Source: Amphiscolops sp. MND2022
Lineage: Eukaryota
Assembly (NCBI GenBank): GCA_964187785.1
Contig: OZ076409.1
Coordinates: 30,382,001-30,446,000, forward strand
Length of the DNA stretch: 64,000 nt
Direction: 5' to 3'
The notes beneath the pieces were generated by a model, which saw nothing but the letters and a program-made list of their open reading frames with translations, made no database searches and was not told the origin of the DNA. Below, piece by piece: positions 1 to 12,699 of the stretch; the first letter of the stretch is position 1, and the number at the start of each line of letters is the position of its first letter. The translations under genes were made by a program, and so were the position numbers.

Positions 1-2675
1 CTAGTGAGACTGAGATGTCCCTGAGCCTCATTAAGGATGTAGGTGACATGACTTCGAGCCTGTCGTCCAAAATCTTCGTTATTGCATTTAGTCAACTCTT
101 CCAAACTAAGCCCTGTGGTCTTTTTGTCACGGCTATCTCTCTCGGTCCTCAAAATACACGCCGTGTCCAATTTCTGCCCCTGCTTAGATTTGGTCAAGAA
201 CTCAGTCACTGTCAAAGCAGTAACCCGGGGGGTGCCAAGCTCGAGGATCTTGGAAGGCTCTGAACTAGTCGGAAGGCAGTCTGGATTGACATAGCGGCGG
301 GCAATCCTTAACAGATATTGGCAAAACTGATTATATGCGTAAAAGCCACCGTCTCGGCACTCAGACAGACTGTGAAAGAAACTCGTAGAATCTGAACATA
401 GTAAACCATGAAACACTTGTAAATCAATGCATACCCAACTAGTCGTGCAACATTACTAACAATCCCGGACAAGTCTCAGAAAGAGCTCGAGTTTAGTAGT
501 GAAGAAGTGATCCTTTATGATGGACCACTCGGTATTCACCGAGACTGTATCAAAATTACCTGTTTTCGTTCTCCTTGTCCCTCTTGGTACATTGAATCCT
601 TGTGAGGTACCTAATGATTGAAGACCAATTAGTCAGCAACTCGTGACACAGAACTGGCAACTTCGGGAAATCCAACTGGCAACTGATATTCTGTGAATAT
701 AACGTCTTAATGGTCATTGGGTCCCACTTTAGGACAAGACGAAGACGCGGCACAAATGTTAGTCCTTCCAGAAACGAATGTGCAATAGCAATAGCGGGCC
801 TTGACGTTCAAACTCAATGGCGTAACACCCGTTGGTGATCGCATGGGTTGCAATGTCTTCAATTATGACGCAGAAAAGATGGCGAAAGAGGTCTTGAAAC
901 AAATGTAGAATTGATAAGACTACCTTCAACTCAACCAAAGACCTTACGTCACCAAGAGAGGAGGAGGATCATACTGCAGTGTTTATGTTATAAAGATGAA
1001 TTAACTCAATATCATCCGTTCCTTTTCCCAATTGAAGTCGAAGAAGAGGGCTTGGTGATTTACCACCACCCCGACGTCTTTCCAGAGTTTTCTAAGTAGG
1101 GACAGGTTGCCACATGATGGGAGGAAGCTGAAGCCATGTAATCATGACCGGCCATGAATTCGTCAAAATATGAGAATTTCTTCCCAATATCGACCAGGTT
1201 GACGCCAATGAAGTTGGGCAGTTCAGCAACCAGCTGTCGAGGATCCAAAACTTTTCAATCCTTTCCCTCACTTGGTGCCTGACTACCTTTGTGACAGGGT
1301 CGTCAATGGCAAGATGTTCATAACGCCAGCGCTGGTCATTCCTCAGGAGGAGTTCAGTGGCGTATTGTCAAAGTATTCCTCGTGGTCCTCGTCCATAAAT
1401 TGAATCGTTACCCGTACAAATCTGACAAAAGAATTTGTAAGGGTTCCACGTCGAGTCCACAAGCCCAGAGACGAACGTGCGGGTCCAATCCATGCCCTTG
1501 AAATTTTCTTCCCGCATGATTTTGCATGAACGGGGAACTGCTTTGCTAGGATTTTGTGCCTTTAGGACAGGCAGTCGCGATGGACGATTACAAGATTTCT
1601 CTCTAACAACTCTTTAATATCGGCGAGAGTTTGAGCTCCTGGATTATCGGCCTTAGTCATTGTATCTTGGGACCCAGGGTTAGCGTGACTGCAACCTGGT
1701 AAAGCTGGCTGGCTGATCTGCACGACTGAAGAAGTACTTTGAGGATTTTGGTATGTATAACCAATTCTGTTAGTCTCATCGTCACTCTGATAGTTTTGGC
1801 TGGCAACACTATACCTCGTCCCCATAGTTCTGGTAGACCCGAGCTCAGTTTTCGCATCTGATAGTTCACCATCTAATCCAGATCTCACAAGCTTTTTGGC
1901 GGCGTTCGATGTTTTCCCTGCATTAAGGTTCAATTCACTTGCCCTTTCAATGAAGCACTCTATCATCTCAAATGATGCCTTGGCGCTCTCGTCCGCAGCT
2001 ATCCTGAGTACGTGTCCAATCTGATCTTGAGTAAGAGCGATAGTCCCTGAGGAAGCAAAATGGGTTTTGTTTCGTTAAAAGATTTCCTGATAATTTCGCT
2101 GCTACTAATGGACAGGCAGCCAATCCAGAAGGCTCTACAGGAGGATCATCGACGGTAACTTCACTTGTTTCATCAGAATAGTGTAAATCGTTCTGGTCCT
2201 TCCGAGGAATCAAAGCTTGTGCTAGTGTACCCTTTGATAATTGAAAATCATGATTGGCGGCGGCTGGTGTAAAGACTAACCCCTCACTAACACTGATATT
2301 ATGTGGTGGTTCAAAATCTTCTTGCAATAACGATGAATTGTGCTCTCCCATTGCTAACAATCTTCTTGCTATAAAGGCACTGCAATTCTCTTCCGATCCA
2401 CTACTACTTATGCGTTGATCAGTATTAGGGGGAGATTCATCCTTCTCCTTTGCCGTCAGACTGGCATTGGGTCCATTCTCATTTGGCTTAGGGTAGTGCT
2501 GATTGAGCCCAGGATCAGATTTGTTTTCAGATGTTGGGGTCTGAGTTGGTACTGTAACTATACTTGGAGTTGTGTCCATTTCTTCCTCTGGTTGTTGAGT
2601 CGATTGGCCACTCGGTTCATTATCTGAACAAAAAAATATGAATGTTCGCGGTTCACTTCCTGCAAAAATATCCAT
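1..2675 (-). pseudogene. Antisense accessory gene of giant Gypsy element A (zinc-finger/hAT-like protein), decayed, runs off the window start
   Basis: A low-complexity N-terminus (ORFs 1968-2675 and 1562-1966) is followed by hand-translated TFVSGLVDSTWNPYKFFCQICTGNDSIYGRGPRGIL*QYATELLLRNDQRWRYEHL (~1310-1490) and LVAELPNFIGVNLVDIGKKFSYFDEF. These align with ORF 25217-26647 (HLRRDQRCVYEHL; AKEIPQFIHMELVDIEERIPFYEDF). Confidence 0.75.
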
Positions 2676-4094
2676 CTTACCTCGTTAACGACTTTCGTAT
2701 TTAAGTTTGAAATTCAACCTATTCACGCTTAAGTGATATCATTTCATGATGGAGGAAGTAAGTTAGTCAATCACGAACCCTGATCAAGTTTCGAGTTGAC
2801 AAAATAAGAAGAACCAACCTGATCTTCTTTCCTTGACGAAGGGACAGATTTTGCGTACTCAGACCAGAAGAATGGAGTAGATTGGCTCAAATACTGACTC
2901 CTAATTCCAACTGGGCTTTCCTGAATTGCTGCGGCCGTCTGGACTCAAAGTCTCTGAGCTAGAGAAAGTATGTCAGTTAACTCAACTGAGTAGTGAAGAG
3001 GAGTATAGCGAAAATTGCACAGTTTACAATACGAGGTAACGTCGAATTGACTGCAGTTCCGAAATATAATTCTGCTAGTGGTGCTTCTTGGAGAATTAAA
3101 TAAAAGGAATAAGAAGAATTTGGAAACAACTGTTGTGTCTGAAGGAACTCTCAAATAATATGACCACCAATGGATAAAGGTGACACAAGAGCGACTGATT
3201 ACAAAATACTTTGGGAATTCGCATGAGTCAGCAATCGCTAGATGTAGAACAATTCGAAAATTGACTTTGTGACGTCATCAACGCTGTAGAACCTGTGATA
3301 CTTTGGACAACATAAAATGGACTCTGATACACTTATCAATGATTTCCCCAACCATTCCGACTATTTCACTTGTCTCACCCCATTTGATTTACCAGCAGTA
3401 CTGTTACTATTGATCTAAAAGAGAGCCGTGGCTGCATAAAATTTAATACTGCTTACACTACTACTTCAAACCACGACCCTTTACTTATTAAAAGATCTCG
3501 ATGAGAACAAGTACCAAACCTGCCAGTGACGTGCTTATTCGAGGATCCTTTGTCTAAAGTTAACCTTCATCATCATCATCAATTCAATTGTTCCACCCTA
3601 TCACTATAATTCTACTTGTGATCTTCCACACCATTTTACAGAGATTCGCAAATTTACTTTCATATTCATTCATATTTCACTTATATTTATGAAACCAATC
3701 TAATTGGCCAGACCAACTACTGCGGTCGGGCTGACCGACAATCTTTGATGGAGTTTGTTGACAGAAAGTTAGTGATCGTAAACACTCTAGCTGCTTGTCA
3801 ACGGCTCTGAAGATGAAAAAAAAACAATCTCAAGTGGAATTGTTTCATGATAAAATTGGTAAAAGTTCACTGACGATTGCACTTTTATTGAGAGCCGACA
3901 GCCGAAATTGGAAATTTAGTGAAATGATTTGGAAGATTTTGCGCTTCTTTCCCCTGCAAACTCTAAAGTCAGACCTTAGGTCAGGAGTTCTGCATAACTT
4001 CATTCATTTCAAAAAACTACTAAAAATTAGTTGCTCTAACTTGAATCAAATCAACATTGCAAAGAAATTTTTCCTCAATCGCTACTGCGGTAAT

Positions 4095-4624
4095 ATGTCC
4101 CTACAGTTCGAAGTAGTAGAACATCCCAGATCACTGGTCAGCTTGTCTTATGCATCATCAGAAGAAGATATGGAAGTAGACTCAGTCACATCAGTACAAG
4201 ACCTATTGGACAGGGAATCAGAAGATACTCAAGTGTTGGCGTGTTATTATGAAAACCCACCATTCCCGCCACAACTTGCTGCCGGAAGAGCAATGACAAC
4301 GGACTTGACCCAATGTCTCAACGACCTGAATCTACCCTCGGAAGCTTTCGTAGGAAACGCGGATACCTTCACAGAACCTCCTGTATGTTGATCAATTGGA
4401 TTATAGGTAATCCTTCTCCTACCTACGTCAATCGAGCTGTTAGTGAATGTCCAATCTCAGAAGGCAGTCAGCTAAACCCAGTAGTTGAATCGCCAATTTC
4501 ACCCCAACTGGTAGATCAAGTACCGTCATATCACTTTGATCACTATGAAAATTACCAGCAGAATGAACTAAACAAGGACCCATGGGCGCACATTCCGCAC
4601 ATCACCGGATGTAAAGTAGACTAA
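4095..4624 (+). pseudogene. Short acidic sense ORF (ORF3) of element A, frameshifted, overlapping the 3' LTR start
   Basis: ATG at 4095 begins MSLQFEVVEHPRSLVSLSYASSEEDMEVDS and continues in ORF 4313-4624. Its position matches 45159-45907 in element D. Confidence 0.45.
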
Positions 4625-6007
4625 AAGGCCAATTTGTTAATTGACTGCAGTGTTATTTCAATGTTTTGACCAAATGCCACTTTGACGGCAGCTCATTACT
4701 TAAACTATTTTGAAAACCGTGCTTAGTATCATTTCATTTGATTATCTGTTGGGTAACTCCAATACCTTGACGGTGCGGCAAATACGTCCGGTGCAATAGG
4801 TTGTGGTTCAACATTAAACGAGGCAAAGTGGTGCTTTACCAACTTGTGAAGCATGCTAGGGTGTTGGGAACGCGTTCAACTAACTCGTTGTTGCAGTCAA
4901 GTTGACGCGTGGTCCAAAAATCTCAAGCAATCAGAGTGCAGAACGAGCCACGTATTGCAGTCATGCTGACGTTCAGTCAGAATTGTTCTTTAATTGAATA
5001 ATGATGCTGCCGCTACTTTAAATGTTGTTTTAATCTAGAATTAGTAACATGTAAGGTAATATAACGCTAGTTAGATGCTGTTTAAATCTCCCGTCCCAGA
5101 ATGACGCAACGTCTATCTTTCTAATCTGTTTTTAGAACTTGTGTCCTAATAACTAGGCTAGAGCTAAATTTAGACTGAGTTCATCCTAAATTTAGCTACC
5201 TGACGCACGAATTTGTGTGTGTCATTCTGTTTTGACTATATATACACGGAATTGGTTGCAAAACGATCATTGATAATATACACTGCTGACACGTGATACA
5301 CGATATTGCTTGTTTGTTATCCTGACAATTCATTGTTGAAGTCAAATCTCTCTTTTGGATATGCCTCCAACTAGAAAACAGAAAGCGAAGGAAAAGCGTT
5401 CCAGGCAATCTGACGTAATGTCTGATATTAAAAATCTCGATGTTATGTTAGGAAATTATCAAAGAGGTAACAGCGAAGTGCGAGAAGGTAATAGCATTAA
5501 CGGAATTGACTCAAGGTTGAGTAGACAAGAAAGAGAATGGAATCGAAAAGATAGTGGATTCAGGTCTTACTTGAACATTGACCTTAGCGAGAATAGTGGT
5601 TTGACAGTAGAAACTAGTAGAAAAATTAGTTCGGAATTTCTTCACGGATGTCTAGGAAACTTGAGGAAATGACAGATGACCTAAATACACGCATATGAGA
5701 TGCGATTGACACTGCAATTGAGAAAAGAGTGTTACCGAGCATTAGAAACGCTGTTGGAAGCCAAACCTCATCTAGGAAAACAAAGTTGGACTTTCGGTCA
5801 GATGGACCGCATCCGAGTAATTTTAGTCAAGTACATCCCCAGAGGGACTTTCGGTCAAATGGACTGCATCCGCAAGAGGTTAGCCAAGTGGCTCAGGATG
5901 CTCAGAAAGATTTTCCGAGATTAGTAGCGGTGAGTAGTAACCGAATAAATCACCATAGAGAAAATTCACTGGATTCTAATAAAGTGATGATAACAATGGT
6001 TATGACA
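4524..6007 (+). mobile_element. 3' LTR of giant Gypsy element A (left boundary approximate)
   Basis: It ends ...GGTTATGACA at 6007, and CGTCATA at 4524 is a 6/7 inverted match to that end. It contains the LTR-borne Gag-leader ORF and lies downstream of an antisense gene, as in element D. Confidence 0.6.
5361..6007 (+). pseudogene. LTR-encoded Gag N-terminal leader (MPPTRKQKAKEKRSRQSDVMSDIKNLDVMLG...)
   Basis: ORFs 5355-5672 and 5729-6043. Homologous to the leaders starting near 10547, 34939 and 36508. Confidence 0.65.
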
Positions 6008-6332
6008 GGCTGTAAAAATGCAGTCAGGCAAATCTGCGAGTAGGCCTGCTCAGCATGTTTTTCAGCGCAACCAATCACAGCTTCACTTGACTCTAAATCA
6101 CCGCGTTAAACGTTAAACATTTACAATTTAGCTGCCGCCATTTCCCTACTTCCATCTTCCTCTCAAAAATGTAATTCAATTTCCTGTTGCAGTTTTGCAA
6201 GTGTTTTTTGAATATAAGCTGCACGCTAGCACTAGAGTGATTGAAACGTGTTTTGTTTTTGCAGGTGTTTTTTGAATATAACCAGCCCTATAGTTCTAGA
6301 GTGATAGTTAAGCGTGATATCTTTGCAGGTGT

Positions 6333-6798
6333 TTCTAGTCGCCGCGTTTTGTAGGAAAACGCAGACAACAGTAGTGACTTCTTTTTTTAGGACCAACGAA
6401 GTGACAGATTTTTTATGCTTTACAAGCTCGCTTCCACTAACTGCCACACTAATGTAACTTCTACTGCTTCTGGGTTTCGTGGATTTTTTTGAGATCTTCC
6501 AAGCAGAAGGACGTGGGTTCGAGTCTCGCCCTTGACCAAAAGTTTCTTGCATGTTATTTTGGCCTCTGAGACTTTTTTTCGCAAATGTCTCCAAAGGGTC
6601 TCGCTTCAATTTTTTTCTGTTTTGCAAAAGAATGGATGTTCAAAAACACTCAAAGGCCCACTTTTAAATTTTTTTACTCTTACCCGCGACTTCAGAAAAG
6701 TCGAAAAAAAATCGGAAAGTGTTTTCCTCATGCGGTACTGTAGAAGAGAATACTTGACACTTAGATATGGCGCCGACTTGTGCTGTTCCCGCCTTGTG
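6333..6798 (-). mobile_element. Helentron/DINE-1-like non-autonomous repeat, reverse copy
   Basis: It ends TTAGATATGGCGCCGACTTGTGCTGTTCCCGCCTTGT, the reverse complement of the start of the 7346 copy. Confidence 0.5.
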
Positions 6799-7043
6799 TA
6801 AATACAAACAACTATGTAGCCCTATTGTGATTGTTAGGCGTTAGTCATAACGCGACAATTTGTTATCATTGGACAGGATCAGGATCAGAGTAGAGAGCAA
6901 AATCAGTCCAGTTATTCTCAAAGTTTAGTAAATCAGGTGGTTTTGAAACTGAAAAACGACAAAAAGTTGTTATAGCAGAAAGAAACTCGTCAATGCTGAA
7001 ATTTATGGGACATAGATAAGTTTTTTAAATAAAACAAGTTTTT

Positions 7044-7310
7044 TTAGTAATGAAGGAGTCTACAGTACTTACAGGGAACTTCATCGAGTGTGTTTCCATC
7101 ACGATGCGTACTTTCATCAACAATTAGATGTTGTAAGACCCAATTGGAGAACATCTCTAGACATTCATTTTCTCTGGCGCATTTACTATACATTAGAAGC
7201 CAATATGCTTTTGCAAAGTTAAAATTGCTTAGCACAAAATGACAAAGACACTTGAGGGATACTTTTGTTCCAACGAACGAGTTACTGTTTTCAGTAAGGT
7301 GGCGATACAA
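7044..7310 (-). pseudogene. Degenerate LINE apurinic-like endonuclease fragment (duplicated at 8586-8852)
   Basis: LQHLIVDESTHRDGNTLDEV resembles the PTHxxGNTLDL motif of CR1/L2-type APE endonucleases. Confidence 0.5.
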
Positions 7311-7345
7311 TCAACCGAAACTTCGTAACGACTTAGATATTTCAG

Positions 7346-7930
7346 AACAAGCCGGGAACGGCCCAAGTCGGCGCCATATCTAAGGGTCAAAAACAGCAAA
7401 AGGACTTCAAAGTGTCAAGGTATTCTCTTCTACGGTACCGGAAAAACCCAGAAGTTGAACCGAATTGGCGCACCAGAGGGGACACTTTGAGATTTGTCAT
7501 CCATTCCGTCGCAAATCATCAACAAAAATTGAAGGAGGGGCACTTTTGGTGAAAAGAATTTTTTGAAAAAAGTCTCACAATGCCGAAAAAACTAAAAGGG
7601 ACCCTTTGGGATTTTTCAACATCCGTTCTGTCGGAAAACTCCGAAAAATTGAAGGGGGGACCCTTTGGGAAATTTTTTTTCGAAAAAAAAGTCTAACAGA
7701 GCCGAAAAGTATTCAAAGGGAGTACCCTTAGGTACCGTGGAGTTTTTCAGATGATGTATAAAGACGTTGCTAACTTTTGCGCCATTATCAAGTGATTTTC
7801 AAAAAATTAGGAAATTTGTAAGAAAAATGGACCATTCAGAGTGAGATTGTCAACTGAAAAAAATTTTTAAAAAACTACTCACTGTAAGAGTCGGGCTTTT
7901 TTCCTTAAGGGAAAAGGCGCCGACTAAAAA
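7346..7930 (+). mobile_element. Helentron/DINE-1-like non-autonomous element
   Basis: It starts AACAAGCCGGGAACGGCCCAAGTCGGCGCC and ends in the hairpin AGTCGGGCTTTTTTCCTTAAGGGAAAAGGCGCCGACT plus an A-run. The subterminal inverted repeat is AGTCGGCGCC/GGCGCCGACT, with internal degenerate A/T-run repeats. Confidence 0.55.
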
Positions 7931-8887
7931 CAAGTATTTTTAGAACAATCATTTTTCCACTTTACAAGCTCGCTTCCACTAACTGCCACACTAATGTAAC
8001 TTCTACTGCTTCTGGTTTTCGTGGATTTTTTTGAGATCTTCCAAGCAGAAGGACGTGGGTTCGAGTCTCGCCCTTGACCAAAAGTTTCTTGCATGTTATT
8101 TTAGCCTGTGAGACTTTTTTTCGCAAATGTCTCCAAAGGGTCTCGCTTCAATTTTTTTCTGTTTTGCAAAAGAATGGATGTTCAAAAACACTCAAAGGCC
8201 CACTTTTAAAATTTTTTACTCTTACCCGCGACTTCAGAAAAGTCGAAAAAAAATCGGAAAGTGTTTTCCTCATGCGGTACTGTAGAAGAGAATACTTGAC
8301 ACTTAGATATGGCGCCGACTTGGGCTGTTCCCGCCTTGTGTAAATACAAACAACTATGTAGCCCTATTGTGATTGTTAGGCGTTAGTCATAACGCGACAA
8401 TTTGTTATCATTGGACAGGATCAGGATCAGAGTAGAGAGCAAAATCAGTCCAGTTATTCTCAAAGTTTAGTAAATCAGGTGGTTTTGAAACTGAAAAACG
8501 ACAAAAAGTTGTTATAGCAGAAAGAAACTCGTCAATGCTGAAATTTATGGGACATAGATAAGTTTTTTAAATAAAACAAGTTTTTTTAGTAATGAAGGAG
8601 TCTACAGTACTTACAGGGAACTTCATCGAGTGTGTTTCCATCACGATGCGTACTTTCATCAACAATTAGATGTTGTAAGACCCAATTGGAGAACATCTCT
8701 AGACATTCATTTTCTCTGGCGCATTTACTATACATTAGAAGCCAATATGCTTTTGCAAAGTTAAAATTGCTTAGCACAAAATGACAAAGACACTTGAGGG
8801 ATACTTTTGTTCCAACGAACGAGTTACTGTTTTCAGTAAGGTGGCGATACAATCAACCGAAACTTCGTAACGACTTAGATATTTCAG

Positions 8888-9471
8888 AACAAGCCGGGAA
8901 CGGCCCAAGTCGGCGCCATATCTAAGGGTCAAAAACAGCAAAAGGACTTCAAAGTGTCAAGGTATTCTCTTCTACGGTACCGGAAAAACCCAAAAGTTGA
9001 ACCGAATTGGTGCACCAGAGGGGACACTTTGAGATTTGTCATCCATTCCGTCGCAAATCATCAACAAAAATTGAAGGAGGGGCACTTTTGGTGAAAAGAA
9101 TTTTTTGAAAAAAGTCTCACAATGCCGAAAAAACTAAAAGGGACCCTTTGGGATTTTTCAACATCCGTTCTGTCGGAAAACTCCGAAAAATTGAAGGGGG
9201 GACCCTTTGGGAAATTTTTTTTCGAAAAAAAAGTCTAACAGAGCCGAAAAGTATTCAAAGGGAGTACCCTTAGGTACCGTGGAGTTTTTCAGATGATGTA
9301 TAAAGACGTTGCTAACTTTTGCGCCATTATCAAGTGATTTTCAAAAAATTAGGAAATTTGTAAGAAAAATGGACCATTCAGAGTGAGATTGTCAACTGAA
9401 AAAAAAAATTTAAAAACTACTCACTGTAAGAGTCGGGCTTTTTTCCTTAAGGGAAAAGGCGCCGACTAAAA
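8888..9471 (+). mobile_element. Second copy of the Helentron-like element (made by the tandem duplication)
   Basis: Nearly identical to 7346-7930. Confidence 0.55.
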
Positions 9472-9602
9472 ACAAGTATTTTTAGAACAATCATTTTTCC
9501 ACTAGGGCGTAGAGCTATAGCAAGTGCAAAGTCGCAGTCATCCCGGTTATTTGCATCAGCCTAAAAATTAGAAGTATTGCGAAAGAAATCTACGCCACCA
9601 CT

Positions 9603-11158
9603 TGTCGCAGGCTGCCGCCTGTGACGGCAATCTTTACCAAATCACATTGGAAGGAGACAACTCTAACCCTCCTCCAGGAGTGCTCCCCATTTAAAGACTG
9701 CCAATGACCAAAAAGTAATATAAACTGCATGTATTTTGTTGTTTTTCTTATTACTTTTAGTTTCACCGTAAAAGACTCATGGTCTATACGGCCTAAGTGC
9801 GATTAATAATTTTAGTTTACAAGGATGTATTTAATCGTTTAGTAAATTATCCTGTGCCTGTTTTATTAATGGAATGTTAAAGCAATTTAGCAAATGGTAT
9901 GTAAAATCAATGAAGTAATACAATGCAATTGTATGCGGAAAAGGAAACGCGTTCAAATGAGCGTTTCTTCTAGTTTATTGTACTCGCTGTACAAGTATTT
10001 TAGTCCAATCGGAATGCAGTATATTAGTGACGCTCCGTGGACAGAATGTCTGCCACGGTGGAATTAGCGCGCAAGTGCTGCTAGTGCTGTATTTGAACGT
10101 GGCTACGCGGACTTAAAGTCCGCTACGGTGAAATATTGTGATAACATGAAATTACGTTTTATGGACACATGTAGTATTGTATATTAGTAATGAATCTACT
10201 TACAGGGCACTGTAAACATTTTCCTACTTTGTCGGCTTAACCGTCAAAGCCCCCCATCCTTCTCTTTGATGCAATGACGTCATGGTGAAGTGTCCTAACA
10301 TGATGCTATTTTTAGTTTATCATATCTATATTTAGTAACATGACACGCAATTTCTGTGTTGTCACCTCCTCCCAACTATAAATAGGGGGAGAGTGAGACC
10401 CAAAGGACAATCTTTCAATAACCTGAACTACAAACAAGTTGCTAAATTTGACCAGTTGAATCTGATATTGCGTTTGTCTTGACCGTTTCATACACTTGTA
10501 CTACTCGTTCTTTAATTCAATATTGCTAGTAGTAGTATTTCTTCAATGCCCTCTACAAGAAAGCAAAAGGCAAAGGAGAGACGCTCTAGACAACTAGACA
10601 TCATGTCTGATGTAGAAAATGTAGATGTAATGTTGGAAATTACTCAAGGAATGATCAAGAAAATGACCATAGTGAAAATGAGATAAATTTGGACTCTGAG
10701 TCAAGTAGGCCTCAAAGAACCTCTAATGTAACTGAAGAAGTCTTTAGGTCATTACTTACAAACAATAGAGAAAACAGTGAGATCACGGTTGAAACAAACA
10801 GAATGATAAATGAGGATATTTCAAACCAGATGTCTAGGAGACTTAATGAGATCAAAGCAAGTTAAATTCACAGATACAAGACGCAATAACTGTCGCAATA
10901 GCTGATACTGTGCTTCCTTCTATACAGAATGTATTAGAAATGCCGGGAAGATCAAAGCGGACCGAGCGTCCAACGGGACACATCCTGGACCAAGGACAGG
11001 TAATTTCACCGTGGAGGGGCGTCAACGGAACCCCGAAGTAGGAAATTCTCAGAAAACATGGGAAAATCGTCCCAAAACCTGTTTTGTGCAGGAAAATAGT
11101 AGACAGAGGTCTAGAGAGAGCTCAGTAGACTCTTATATAGGCGAACAAAATCGCGACA
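9603..11158 (+). mobile_element. Solo LTR (1556 bp) of a giant Gypsy family
   Basis: TGTCGC...GCGACA termini with a perfect 5-bp TSD CCACT (9598-9602 and 11159-11163). TATAAATA lies at ~10377, and the Gag-leader MPSTRKQKAKERRSRQLDIMSDVENVDVML starts at ~10547. Confidence 0.92.
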
Positions 11159-12008
11159 CCACTCTTCCTGCCGTAATTACCAAGAACTATGTGTAAAAAT
11201 GCGATGCACAGTGTAGTTAGTCAAATTGCTTAAACTAGTCATATGGTGGAAACTAGTCAATTACTGTACTGTCCAATGGTGTATACTAGTCAACGTACGA
11301 AGCTGTGTCAACTAGTGTAACGTCCTATCAATGCGCGTAATGTGTGACAAGTGTAAAACTTCCAAAAAAAATATTCGCGCTCTGATTGGACAAAAATCGA
11401 ACTAGCAGGATCCTGCTAGTTCGTACCGGCATGTGTATCGTAATGTGTATAAGGTCATACCGAAGTTCCAAAAGTAATTAGCCGGCGCTTCATGAAGTGA
11501 AACACGACAATTATAGTGACTCTTTTTTCCAATCCACACGAACTGACCAAAATAGTTCTACAAAATTTTATGGTCCCAAATTGAAACATTTGTTCTAGCG
11601 AACTGAATCAAAAACGGTTTTACTCTTTTTCCACGTAACATACAATACCGGGCCAGACTAAAGCGCCCCTTTTCAGTTTTTCGGCATTGTGAGTCATGCT
11701 TCAAGATCACGAGTCTACTAATCTTGCCAAAAGACAATTAACCCAGGTAGTTTATTCACCAGATCGTAAAATCTTTTATCTTTGTTGGTATACTATCATC
11801 TGATGAACCTTACATACATGGCGCCAATTTAATGACGACTCTCTTGCCAACTGAGAATTGATGACAAATTTGAAACTATAACCAGGATACTAATTTGGTC
11901 CATTCCGTCTTGTTTCACTTATATTACGGTTGTTCCAGGTAAAGTAATGAGTAAGATTGGATTAAAATGAGTACAAAAACATTAAAAGTGATGCTCATAA
12001 AAAATCCA

Positions 12009-12545
12009 TCACTGTTCGTCTCCAGAATCTTTGTCTATGAGTGGTTGCTCGATTTTCCGCTTCAGTTGAACTATTTCCGTTTCTAGTTCAGAAACTTGTT
12101 CAGCTTTATCTTCCAATTCGCGATTGAGCTTCTTGACCTGCGTAGTATGAGAGTCATTTTCCTCTAAAGCTTCCATGGTTTCTTTCTTCAGCATTTCAAC
12201 TCGGCTTCTCAATAGTTTCACTTCATTTTCGGACTGGCTACAGCGTCTTTCAATCAACTCCATGTCTCTTGTTTTGTCAGCCAGCTGCTTCTTGCATTTA
12301 GCTTCGGCGTGTTTGGAGTTAGTTAGTTGCAATTGCAGTTGTTGAACCTGACTTTTCAGCTCCGTCACTTCGGCTTTTGGTGTACCTGGCAGCGACGCCT
12401 TCAATTTGTGAGTTGCCACTACTTGCTGAAAAATGACGACCGATTCAGCTTTCTTAATGTTAATTCTTGAGTAGATAGCTAATGTACGTGCATTATACGA
12501 CCTATTAACAGGTTGTGCTGAAGGAACGAATGTTGAAAAATTCAT
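12009..12545 (-). CDS. Uncharacterised coiled-coil protein ORF (178 aa)
   Basis: Intact ATG-to-stop ORF with a heptad E/K/Q/L-rich C-terminal two-thirds. No family was recognised. Confidence 0.45.
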   Translation of the reverse strand: MNFSTFVPSAQPVNRSYNARTLAIYSRINIKKAESVVIFQQVVATHKLKASLPGTPKAEVTELKSQVQQLQLQLTNSKHAEAKCKKQLADKTRDMELIERRCSQSENEVKLLRSRVEMLKKETMEALEENDSHTTQVKKLNRELEDKAEQVSELETEIVQLKRKIEQPLIDKDSGDEQ

Positions 12546-12699
12546 GTAAAGAATGAAATACTAGATGCAGTGGGCATCAATTCGTTTTTCAGTCGGCGCT
12601 GTTTTGAGAAAACCAACAACAGCAGTGTTTTTAAGACCATCGATCTATACAGAGTTCTATGCCTGACAGATTTATTCTATTACTAAAAATATTAGTTTA

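Larger units (their letters stand above)
6418..9503. repeat. Near-identical direct tandem duplication, unit about 1542 bp
   Basis: CTTTACAAGCTCGCTTCCACT occurs at 6418 and 7960. The ORF pairs 6532/8074 and 7044/8586 are offset by 1542, with only a few substitutions or indels. Confidence 0.97.

Noticed and set aside
3268..3300. TGTGAC or TGTGAT as the start of a solo LTR ending at 6007
   Set aside because: No TSD matches GGCTG. The layout fits an internal spacer of element A better.
6500..6540. tRNA gene suggested by GGGTTCGAGTCTC (also ~8057 and ~13197)
   Set aside because: Only a T-loop/B-box-like motif is present. No cloverleaf could be built, and it lies inside a repeat.
7480..7740. CRISPR-like or regularly spaced repeats
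   Set aside because: The units are degenerate A/T-run repeats with no constant repeat and unique spacers, and there are no cas genes.
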